NCBI GenBank assembly: GCA_963781885.1
Contig: CAWAHW010000007.1
Location: 416,001-480,000 of the forward strand
DNA: 64,000 bases
Source: an uncultured Spirochaetota bacterium
GTDB lineage: Bacteria; Spirochaetota; Spirochaetia; SZUA-6; Fen-1364
Reading direction: 5' to 3'
The notes below the pieces were generated by a model. The model worked only from the letters and a program-made list of their open reading frames with translations. It did not search any database and was not told the DNA's origin. The position numbers and the translations under genes were made by a program. Shown here one piece after another: positions 41,080-49,839 of the stretch; position 1 is the stretch's first letter, and each line of letters begins with the position of its first letter.

Positions 41080-42501
41080 ATGGAAATGAAGTCGATCACA
41101 AAGGCATGCCTGTTCGTCGCCGCCGCGGCGCTTCTCATCCTTGCCGGCTGCAGCGGGTCTGGCGCGCCGTCGGGCGGAAGCCCCGGCGCGGTGTCAGGCG
41201 CCGGCGGGCAGTCGGCAGCAGCGACACGCCCAGCAGCGGGCGCTTTCGGCGGCGGCCAGAGCGGAGGCAGGCGCTTTGCGACGATACCCGTGCAGGCGGT
41301 TATCGTCCAGTCGGGGCCGCTCGTCACGGACAATGACACGGCCGGCGTCGTGACCGCCGTGACACAGAGCCAGGTCGCCGCACAGGTTGCAGGCGTTGTC
41401 GCGAAGGTGTTCCACAAGCAGGGTGATCGGGTCAACGCAGGCGAGCCCGTGGCGCAAATCGACGATTCCACCTTCAAGCTCTCGGTGCGCAATGCCCAGT
41501 CCGCGTTGGACAGCGCAAACATCAACCTGGCGATAGGAGAACAGACTGCCACGGGAAACGGTCCAAAGCTCCAATCCCAGCTGGAGTCGGCGAAAAATTC
41601 CCTCGATTCCGCGCAGAAGAACTACGATTCCCAGAAGGCGCAGTACGATCTGGGAGGTATTTCAGCCTCGGCTCTGGACAATGCCAAGAGCCAGCTCAGC
41701 CAGGCGCAGGCAAACGTGCAGGCGGCCCAGCTCGCCTTTGACCAGAACGATCAGGCGGCGACGGAGAGTGTCGCGCAGTTGAAGCTCGCCGTCGACCAGG
41801 CGACCAACGCCCTGGAAATGGCGAAACTCAATCTCCAGAACGTATCCATTCGCGCCCCCTTCGACGGACAGCTGGCGAACGTCAATGTGACTCCCGGATC
41901 CTATCTGAGCCTGAACTCGCCGGCGTTCCTCCTCGTGAGCACGAACAAGCAGATCGACTTCTCCGAGCCCCCCGCGGACGCCCCCGGCTTCAAGATAGGG
42001 GATTCCGTGACCTTCACATTCGCGGGGAAGAGCTACCCGGTTCGTATTACCCAGACCCCTGCCGCGCCGATCAACGGCGTCGTGCCGATGACGGCTTCCG
42101 TGCCCGCGGGGATCCCCGTTTCCTACGGCACCGTCGGTACGATCGTCTACAAGCTCACAATCGGGGACGGTCCCCAGATACCGCTGAGCGCCCTGCAGAG
42201 CCGGGCGGATATCAACTTCGTTTATACAATCCAGAACGGCAAGGCTGTCGAGGTTCCCGTGATCATCATCGCCGAGGCGGGCACCACGGCCGTGGTGCGG
42301 GGACTGAATGCGGGAGACCAGGTGGTCCTCAACCCGCCGCCGGGCCTGCTCAGTGGTTCCACCGTGCAGGTGGTGGCGGCGCCGCAGGCGGCGGCTCCCG
42401 CGGCCGTTCCGCAAGGTCAGAAGACCGGGCAAGCCGGCGGCACTGGCGGCGCGCGGCCTCCCGGCGCCACCGGGAAGTCCACAGGGGGAGGAACCCCATG
42501 A
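41080..42501 (+). CDS. RND efflux periplasmic adaptor (MFP) lipoprotein
   Basis: LAGC lipobox, VAGVV....GDRV..GE, IRAPFDG, GLNAGDQVV. Confidence 0.9.
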   Translation: MEMKSITKACLFVAAAALLILAGCSGSGAPSGGSPGAVSGAGGQSAAATRPAAGAFGGGQSGGRRFATIPVQAVIVQSGPLVTDNDTAGVVTAVTQSQVAAQVAGVVAKVFHKQGDRVNAGEPVAQIDDSTFKLSVRNAQSALDSANINLAIGEQTATGNGPKLQSQLESAKNSLDSAQKNYDSQKAQYDLGGISASALDNAKSQLSQAQANVQAAQLAFDQNDQAATESVAQLKLAVDQATNALEMAKLNLQNVSIRAPFDGQLANVNVTPGSYLSLNSPAFLLVSTNKQIDFSEPPADAPGFKIGDSVTFTFAGKSYPVRITQTPAAPINGVVPMTASVPAGIPVSYGTVGTIVYKLTIGDGPQIPLSALQSRADINFVYTIQNGKAVEVPVIIIAEAGTTAVVRGLNAGDQVVLNPPPGLLSGSTVQVVAAPQAAAPAAVPQGQKTGQAGGTGGARPPGATGKSTGGGTP

Positions 42502-45500
42502 AAAGCCTTCGCGATATTGAGACGACCGTCTTTAACCGGATCAACCCGGCCGTCAGCTTTTCCGTCCGCAGATACGTCCTCGCCGTGGGGATATTCCTGG
42601 CGATCGTCGTCTTCGGCATCGTCTCGATGCTGGGTCTTGGCATCGACCTGCTTCCCGCGGTGAACATCCCCGTCGTCGTCGTGAGCACGGGCTTCCCCGG
42701 CGCGACCCCGACCGTCATGGACCAGCAGGTGACGCAGCCGATCGAAAACCTCCTTTCTTCCGTGAGCGGCATCACGGACATCAGCTCGACGAGCTCGATC
42801 GGCATCAGCAGGGTGATCGTCAGCTTCGATGTCAGTACGGACAAGAACGCGGTTGCAAACCAGGTGGCATCGCTCGTCGCGGGTGCCGTGCGGAAGCTTC
42901 CCGCGGGGATCAATGCACCGACGGTCGGGACGTTCGATCCCAATTCGCAGGCCATCATCCAATTCGGGGTCGCCGGCGGCGCCGCGAGCATCGGGGACGT
43001 GTCGCTGTACGTGACGAACACGCTGATCCCGTCCCTGGAGCTCGTGCCGGGCGTGGCGAACATCACCCTTGACGGCGCGCCGGCGCGCCAGTTCCAGGTG
43101 CTGCTCGATCCGAACAAGCTGAAGTATTTCAACATCGTGCCCAGCCAGGTCGTCGCCGCGATCACCAACCAGGCGATCAACACGCCCATCGGGACTATCG
43201 CCAGCAAGGACAGCACGCTCACCTTTTCCACGCAGAATACGCCGGCCGACATCACCGCGGTCGAGCACATTGCGGTCGACGCCACGCGCGGGATCCAGGT
43301 TGACGATATCGGCAGCGTGCGGGATGTTCCGACCCCGACGAACTACGCGCGCGTGAATGGAAAGCCGCTGGTGCTCGTTTCAATCCAGCGCACGACTGAT
43401 TCAAACTCCATCGCGGTGGTCGACGCGGTGCGTCGCACGCTCAAAAACACCGTCATGCCCTCCGGCTATTCCGTCACATTCAGCAACGACACCACGGGAC
43501 CCATTCGCGCGTCCGTCGCCTCCACATACCACGAGCTTTTCCTCACGGCGCTCGTGGTCGCCCTCATCGTGCTCCTGTTCCTCGGAAAACTGAACACAGC
43601 CCTGTCGGTCATCCTTGCGATACCCATCGCGCTTTCCGCCTCCCCCATCCTGTACAACCTGGCCGGCTTCTCCTTTAACCTCGTATCTCTCCTTGCCCTT
43701 ATCATCGCCATTGGCATCGTGGTGGACGACTCCATCGTGGTGTCGGAGAATGTGGAGCGGTATCGCGCAATGGGATTCAGCCTCAAGGAGTCCGTGCTCA
43801 AGGGGGCGAGCGAGGTCTTCAGCGCCGTCGTTGCCGCCTCGCTGTCCCTTCTCTCGGTCCTTCTTCCCGTGAGCTTCATCGGCGGTTTCATCGGCCGCTA
43901 TCTCCAGCAATTTTCCCTCGGCCTCGCCGCTGCGGTGGCCTTGTCGCTGCTGGAGGCCGTTCTTTTCCTCACCGTCCGGCTGGCCTACACGCCGGAAACC
44001 AAGACCCAGACCTGGGGTGACTTCTTCAAGAGCTGGATCGAGCTGCCCAAGGCCATTACGTGGGGATGGAAGGCGTGGCGGAAGCCGCTGGGCATCATTG
44101 TCGGTGTCGTGCTTGCTCTTGGATTGTGGATCTTCATGCACCATTGGTATTTTGTGGCGGCCGTTGTCGCGTATCCGCTCGTCCTGGGGATCGGCTACTA
44201 TGTCATTCGCATGGCGCTCTCCCTGCTCCAGGCGCTCACGTCCACGCTTCATGGATGGACGGAAACGGGCCTGGAATGGATTCGCGACGCATACACGCGC
44301 GGACTATCGGCGATCCTCCACCGCGGCGGCTGGATCCTCGCCGTGGCCCTTGTATTCCTGGTTGCTTCCGGCGTGATCATCCTTCCCCGTTTGCCGTTCA
44401 ATTTCGTGCCGACAACCGATTCGGGTTTCATGGGCGTGAGCATTCGTCTGCCCAACGGGACCCCGACGCTCGTCGCCAACCAGGATACGGCCCGGGTGGA
44501 AAACTATCTCATGCAGCGCCCGGAAGTCGTGACTGTCCAGACAACGGTGGGCAACTCCGGACAGATCACGATCCAGCTCGCGCCTGTCGGAAAGAGACCC
44601 GGCGTCCTTGCCCTTTCCGCGATCTACCGCCAGGACATCCTCGCGCTCTTCCGTGACCAGCCGTCCGTGCAGATCTCGATCAACGCCGCCAGCGGCGGTG
44701 GCGGATTCGGCGGCGGCGGATTCAACAGCACCTCGCTGCAGCTCAATCTTGTCGCGGCCGACTACAACGTTCTGCTGAGCCGCAACAACGCGGTCATTCA
44801 GCAGCTGCAGGCCAATCCGTACGTGTCGGACGTGAGCTCGAGTCTTTCGCAATTGAATATTGAGAACGATTTCATTCCCAACGCATCGAAAATGAGCGGC
44901 ACCGGCATTTCGGTCGACCAGGTGGCGGGCGCTCTCCAGACCTACACCACGGGGCTGCAGGCTTCCAATGTGATCACGGGAGGTCTCAGCTATCCCATCC
45001 AGGTGATGGCGGACCCGACCGCAATTTCCGGTGGCCAATCCCTGCTCACAATGCCGATCTATTCCCCGAGCACGGGCCAGGCGTTGCAGATCGGCCAGCT
45101 CGGGCAGTTCGTTCTGCAAGAGGCGCCCGTGAGCCTGAGCCGCGACAACCGCCAGTATACCGGCCAGCTCACCGTCAACCTCAAGCCCAACGCTCCGACA
45201 GCGCTCACGATGCAGAATCAGATCACGAACGATCTCACCAAGTCCGGGCTGGTGGGAGGAGACGTGTCCCTGACGGCCGGCGGCGGCAGATTCTCCCAGA
45301 CCAGCCTTGCCGCGTCGCTTGCAGGCACTGGCCTGATCACCTTCCTGCTTGCTTTGTTCCTCGCCTACCTGGTCATGGCGGCCCAGTTCAACTCGTGGCG
45401 CTATCCCATCTATTTGCTTCTCCCCGTTCCCCTCGCCCTGGTCGGCGCGCTCTGGCTCGTCTTCCTCCTCGGCGGCGGTCTGGATATCTTCGGCCTCATG

Positions 45501-45866
45501 GGCATGCTGATGCTCATCGGTCTCTCCGCGAAGAACGCCATCCTGTACCTCGATTTCGTCGTGGAGAGAATCGGCAAGATGCCCTTCAAGGACGCGCTGA
45601 TAGAAGCGGCCCAGCTCCGTTTCCGACCCATCGTCATGACAACGCTCACGGTTCTCGTCATCAGCTTCCCGCTGATCCTCAGCAAGGGCCAGGGTTCCGA
45701 GTTCGGACAGAAGATGGGCATCGTGATGCTGGGCGGGATCCTCTTCTCGGCGATTCTCACATTCTTCGTCGTGCCGGCCGCGTTCTACCTGTTCGAGCGG
45801 GCGCGCGTGGCCAAGGTGGAAGCAAAGGAGAGGGACCTCGTGGCGGAGGCCGCCGCGAGCAACTGA
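42498..45866 (+). CDS. RND efflux transporter permease (AcrB/MdtC family)
   Basis: DLLPAVNIP, GIVVDDSIVVSEN, SAKNAIL, RFRPIVMT. Confidence 0.94.
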   Translation: MKSLRDIETTVFNRINPAVSFSVRRYVLAVGIFLAIVVFGIVSMLGLGIDLLPAVNIPVVVVSTGFPGATPTVMDQQVTQPIENLLSSVSGITDISSTSSIGISRVIVSFDVSTDKNAVANQVASLVAGAVRKLPAGINAPTVGTFDPNSQAIIQFGVAGGAASIGDVSLYVTNTLIPSLELVPGVANITLDGAPARQFQVLLDPNKLKYFNIVPSQVVAAITNQAINTPIGTIASKDSTLTFSTQNTPADITAVEHIAVDATRGIQVDDIGSVRDVPTPTNYARVNGKPLVLVSIQRTTDSNSIAVVDAVRRTLKNTVMPSGYSVTFSNDTTGPIRASVASTYHELFLTALVVALIVLLFLGKLNTALSVILAIPIALSASPILYNLAGFSFNLVSLLALIIAIGIVVDDSIVVSENVERYRAMGFSLKESVLKGASEVFSAVVAASLSLLSVLLPVSFIGGFIGRYLQQFSLGLAAAVALSLLEAVLFLTVRLAYTPETKTQTWGDFFKSWIELPKAITWGWKAWRKPLGIIVGVVLALGLWIFMHHWYFVAAVVAYPLVLGIGYYVIRMALSLLQALTSTLHGWTETGLEWIRDAYTRGLSAILHRGGWILAVALVFLVASGVIILPRLPFNFVPTTDSGFMGVSIRLPNGTPTLVANQDTARVENYLMQRPEVVTVQTTVGNSGQITIQLAPVGKRPGVLALSAIYRQDILALFRDQPSVQISINAASGGGGFGGGGFNSTSLQLNLVAADYNVLLSRNNAVIQQLQANPYVSDVSSSLSQLNIENDFIPNASKMSGTGISVDQVAGALQTYTTGLQASNVITGGLSYPIQVMADPTAISGGQSLLTMPIYSPSTGQALQIGQLGQFVLQEAPVSLSRDNRQYTGQLTVNLKPNAPTALTMQNQITNDLTKSGLVGGDVSLTAGGGRFSQTSLAASLAGTGLITFLLALFLAYLVMAAQFNSWRYPIYLLLPVPLALVGALWLVFLLGGGLDIFGLMGMLMLIGLSAKNAILYLDFVVERIGKMPFKDALIEAAQLRFRPIVMTTLTVLVISFPLILSKGQGSEFGQKMGIVMLGGILFSAILTFFVVPAAFYLFERARVAKVEAKERDLVAEAAASN

Positions 45867-45894
45867 TCCGCCGACCGTGCACGGCCGGCGCGGA
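45867..45894 (+). terminator. Possible intrinsic terminator after the RND operon
   Basis: TCCGCCGACCGT-GC-ACGGCCGGCGCGGA hairpin followed by ATTGTTTT. Confidence 0.4.
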
Positions 45895-45981
45895 ATTGTT
45901 TTGCCGGGGCACGGCCCCGATTCGTACCTTCAGGATACGCGCCCGGGCTCGGGACCGTGAACGGCGCGACGGAGGTTCGTC

Positions 45982-46182
45982 ATGAAATGGGTTCTGATCG
46001 TCCTGGGGATCCTTCTCTTCCTGTTGGGCGGCGTCTGGCTTCTCCAGGGTCTGAACGTTTTCACACAGGGAGCCATGGCCGGCAAGAGCCAGTGGACCCT
46101 GATCGGGTCGATCGTCGCAGCGGTCGGCATCATCGTCGAGGTAATCGGCGCGACGCGGAAGAGGAAGGTGAAGACCGCGTAG
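45982..46182 (+). CDS. Small two-TM membrane protein (66 aa)
   Basis: GGAGG RBS, two hydrophobic helices with GVWLLQG..F..GAMAG.SQW, basic tail. Confidence 0.75.
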   Translation: MKWVLIVLGILLFLLGGVWLLQGLNVFTQGAMAGKSQWTLIGSIVAAVGIIVEVIGATRKRKVKTA

Positions 46183-46268
46183 AGCCCCCCCGGGGCACGC
46201 GCCCTTGCACACCGCGTCCGTGTCATGCAAGCCTTGATCGTGACGCGGTGTCATATGGATTCCCGCTC

Positions 46269-48788
46269 ATGATCGATTTCTCCCTGACCGGTCTTCCCCT
46301 CGTTCCCTTTCTGCCGCGCATATCAGCCCTCCTGGAGGGGCACCGCGGCCTGGCGCTCACCGCGGAGCCGGGCGCGGGCAAATCGACGCTTGTCCCTCCC
46401 TTCCTGATGGACGAGCCGTGGCTGCAGGGTCGGACAGTCATCATGTTGGAGCCGCGGCGCCTCGCTGCCGTTGCCGTGGCAACGAGGATGGCGCAGCTCC
46501 TGGGTGAGCAGGTCGGCCAGAGGGCGGGTTACACGGTGCGCGCCGCGTCGCGCACGGGTCGGCAGACGCGCATCGAGGTGGTGACCGAGGCGCTCCTCAC
46601 CCGCAGGATCCAGCAGGACCCTCTTCTGCAAGGCGTGGGCGTTGTGATCCTCGACGAGTTTCACGAGAGGTCCATTCACGCCGATCTCGCACTTGCGCTG
46701 GCACTGGAGGTGCGCCGCGCGCGGCCCGACCTCGCCCTGCTTGCCATGTCGGCCTCACTCGAGACGGACGGCGTCGCGGCACTCCTGGGCACGGCAGTGC
46801 AGCCCGCCCCCGTCCTTCACTGCGCGGGAACGGTGCATCCGGTGCGCACCGAGTACCGTCCCCTGCCGCAGACCGGCCGCTGGGAGGAGGCATTCGCGGA
46901 CGGCCTGGCGGGCCTCTTCGAAGAGACCGACGGCGACATTCTTGCATTCCTTCCCGGCGCGGGTGAAATCCGACACACTGGTGCGCGTCTTTCCGGGGCG
47001 CTGGGCAACCGCGCGGAGATATTTCCCCTCCATGGAACGCTTCGCCTGGAGGAGCAGAGGCGCGTGATCGAGCCGCCGCGCGGCCCGCAGGCGGGAGAGC
47101 CGCGCCGACGCGTCATCCTTGCCACGTCGATCGCGGAAACAAGTCTCACCGTCCCCGGCATCACAACCGTGGCTGACGCCGGCTGGGCGCGGCTCTCGCG
47201 GCTCCACCCGCCGACCGGTCTCGATCGCCTGGTCACCGAGAGGGTGAGCGCCTCCTCCGCCGAGCAGCGTCGGGGAAGGGCAGGCCGCCTTGGTCCGGGG
47301 CTCTGCGTCCGATACTGGCCGGAATCGGAGCGGCTGTTGGAAAGGCCGGATCCTGAGATCCTGCGCACGGAGCTCTCCGGCCTCGTGCTCGAATGCGCGA
47401 TCTGGGGCGCCCGCGCCCCCGGGGATCTTTCCTGGATGGACAGCCCCGCTGTCCCGGTGTGGACCCAGGCGTGGGAGACACTCCGCATGCTCGGGCTCGT
47501 GGATGCCTCCGGACCCACCGACCTGGGCAGGGCCGTGGCCGCGCTGGGGCTCGCGCCGCGGCTGGGTGTTCTCGTGACCCAGGGCGCGGCGGCCGGGCAG
47601 CCCGTGCTTGCCGCAGCCTGCGCGGCGATCCTGCAGGAGCGGGACGCTTCCGGCGTCGCGCGTGACCCGGACTTCCGGCTGCGGCTGGAGCTGATCCGCA
47701 CCGGAGGGGGTGGCGGGGACTCCTGGCGCAGGTCGGTGGAAACCGAAATGGGAAGGATCCTGCGCCGGCATCGTCCCGCGGAAGGCGCCGTCTACGGGTG
47801 GAGCGAGGAGCAGGAGCACGCGGTCGGCGCGCTGCTGGCCGCCTCCTTCCCCGACCGGCTTGCGCGGCGCGATCCCGACGGGTCCTACCGGCTCGTCACG
47901 GGGCGGACGGCGCATTTCCCGTCCATCGGAAAGGTGACAGGCCCCCGTGTGGCCGCCGCAAGCCGGGCCGCCGGACCGTGGGTGGTGGTCTTGGACGCCG
48001 ACCCCGGGGAGTCGGCCGGTTTCATCCGGCTTGCGGCGCCCGTCCGTGCGGACATCGCGTCGGAGGTGCTCGCGCGCGCCACCGAGGAGAGCACCGAGAT
48101 CCGGTGGGAAGGCCTCGTGCCGCGCACCTTCGTCGTGCGCCGCGCAGGCCGGCTCGTGCTCGCGGAAAGGCCGGGCGCTGCCGCGCCGCCGCTCGTGGCG
48201 GAATCCTTTCTGGCGCTGGTGGAGAAAAAGGGGGCGGGAATCCTTCCCTGGAACACGCAGACCACGCGCCTGCTCGCCCGCATGCGCACGTTCGCGCGCG
48301 CCTTCCCCGACGCGGGTCTGCCCGGGCTGTCCGATGCCGAGCTTGCCGTCACGGCTGCCGCGTGGCTTGCCCCCTTCCTGAGGCTGTCCGGCGGACAGGT
48401 GCTCAACGCCGCCGGGCTGCTTTCCGCCCTGCAGGCGATGCTCGGCAGCCTGTCGGGCAGGCTCCAGAGGGAGGCGCCGGAGAGCATCACGCTCCCGACG
48501 GGGGGAAAGCGGGCGGTGGACTATGAAGGGACGGAGCCTGCGGTGGAAGCGCGCATCCAGGAGGTATTCGGCCTGGCGCAAAGCCCCCGCATCTGCGGGG
48601 CGCCGCTCACCTTCCGGCTGCTCTCCCCATCGCAGAGGCCGCTGCAGATCACGCGCGACCTTGCGAGCTTCTGGCAGACCGGCTACGCGGACGTGCGCAA
48701 GGAGATGCGGGGCCGGTACCCCCGGCACTACTGGCCGGAGAATCCCCTGGAGGCCGAGCCCACGAATCGCGTGAGGCCCCGGGGATGA
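46269..48788 (+). CDS. hrpB: ATP-dependent RNA helicase HrpB
   Basis: AEPGAGKST, EPRRLAA, DEFHERS, TSIAETSLT, QRRGRAGR, C-terminal GRYPRHYWPENP. Confidence 0.96.
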   Translation: MIDFSLTGLPLVPFLPRISALLEGHRGLALTAEPGAGKSTLVPPFLMDEPWLQGRTVIMLEPRRLAAVAVATRMAQLLGEQVGQRAGYTVRAASRTGRQTRIEVVTEALLTRRIQQDPLLQGVGVVILDEFHERSIHADLALALALEVRRARPDLALLAMSASLETDGVAALLGTAVQPAPVLHCAGTVHPVRTEYRPLPQTGRWEEAFADGLAGLFEETDGDILAFLPGAGEIRHTGARLSGALGNRAEIFPLHGTLRLEEQRRVIEPPRGPQAGEPRRRVILATSIAETSLTVPGITTVADAGWARLSRLHPPTGLDRLVTERVSASSAEQRRGRAGRLGPGLCVRYWPESERLLERPDPEILRTELSGLVLECAIWGARAPGDLSWMDSPAVPVWTQAWETLRMLGLVDASGPTDLGRAVAALGLAPRLGVLVTQGAAAGQPVLAAACAAILQERDASGVARDPDFRLRLELIRTGGGGGDSWRRSVETEMGRILRRHRPAEGAVYGWSEEQEHAVGALLAASFPDRLARRDPDGSYRLVTGRTAHFPSIGKVTGPRVAAASRAAGPWVVVLDADPGESAGFIRLAAPVRADIASEVLARATEESTEIRWEGLVPRTFVVRRAGRLVLAERPGAAAPPLVAESFLALVEKKGAGILPWNTQTTRLLARMRTFARAFPDAGLPGLSDAELAVTAAAWLAPFLRLSGGQVLNAAGLLSALQAMLGSLSGRLQREAPESITLPTGGKRAVDYEGTEPAVEARIQEVFGLAQSPRICGAPLTFRLLSPSQRPLQITRDLASFWQTGYADVRKEMRGRYPRHYWPENPLEAEPTNRVRPRG

Positions 48789-48812
48789 AGGATCGTTCCC
48801 CGGGGCGTTCAA

Positions 48813-49606
48813 TTACCTTTTCTTTGGCTTCTTGACCGCTGCTTTTTTCTTCGGGGTTGCCTTTTTTTTGGCCGCCGGCTTTTTCCCGGCCACCCGCTTC
48901 TTCGGCTTTGCTTTGGTCTTCGCCTTGGGCGCGGGCTTCGGCGTGCCGACCGGGCGGCGTGCCTCGAGCTTCTTCACCTGCTTCTCCAGCGTTTGCGCGT
49001 AGTCCTCGAGATGCTCGACGACGTGGAAGATGTCCTCCATGGCCTCGTCGTACAGCTCGCGTGCCTTTGCCGGATTCGTCCGGGTGAGATCGCGCAGGTT
49101 GTAGAAGGCGATGGTTGCCCCCTCGGGTCCGGCGACGATGTCGGCGAGCCGGTTCTTGTGACGGAATATCGCGGCGGCGCCGAAGGTGGTTCCGGCCTTG
49201 TACGCCATCTCGGGGATCTTCCATTGTGCGCCGCGCCGAGGACCACCTCGCAGACGGTCACCGCGCTTTCGCCCTTGCGGATGATGACCTCACCCGGCCG
49301 GTAGGTGCGCGTCGGCGCGGCAGGCGCGAGAGCCGGGGCGGCGACCGGCGCGGCAGTCCCGGTGCCGAGCTGAACGTAGGAGCCGGTCACCTTCGTCGCC
49401 TCGGGGTTCACCAGGGCGTGCGTCCGGCCGTAGAGCGCGTCGTGCTTGATGTATGCCATGTTGCGGGCGATCTTGACGGCCTCGGAATCGACGTCCGCCT
49501 CCGTGGCCCCCATGATGTTCTCCTTGACGACGATCTCAGGAAAGAACGGACAGCCGGGCTCCCTGCACCTGACTTTGAAAACCGCTTCCTTCAATCTGAA
49601 CGACAT
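48813..49606 (-). CDS. Cyclic-nucleotide-binding domain protein with Cys/His N-terminal domain and Lys/Ala/Pro-rich tail; frameshift near 49220
   Basis: AAGGAGG RBS. RTYRPGEVIIRKGE...VVLG in frame 1 joins YKAGTTFG...RLADIVA in frame 2. Tail KPKKRVAGKKPAAKKKATPKKK. Confidence 0.75.
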
Positions 49607-49839
49607 GACATTCCTCCTTGGCGATCACTATATTTCAATTATATGCGTCCCCCTCATCGATTGCACGTTGAAATCCTGGAAACGGCATCCCCCTCGGCCG
49701 CAGGGAAGAAGCTCTTGTCTTGGAATTTCGGCATATTCCACGGTTTTCCCGCGGTCGGCGGCCCTTCCAAACTCTGCATAAATATGCATGAGATGTATTG
49801 ACCATGCCTCGCGCGGCATGCGATAACTGCCCCACGACG

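Noticed and set aside
590-49225. Programmed ribosomal frameshifting
   Set aside because: No shared slippery heptamer or stimulatory structure, shifts go in both directions, and the affected genes are unrelated.
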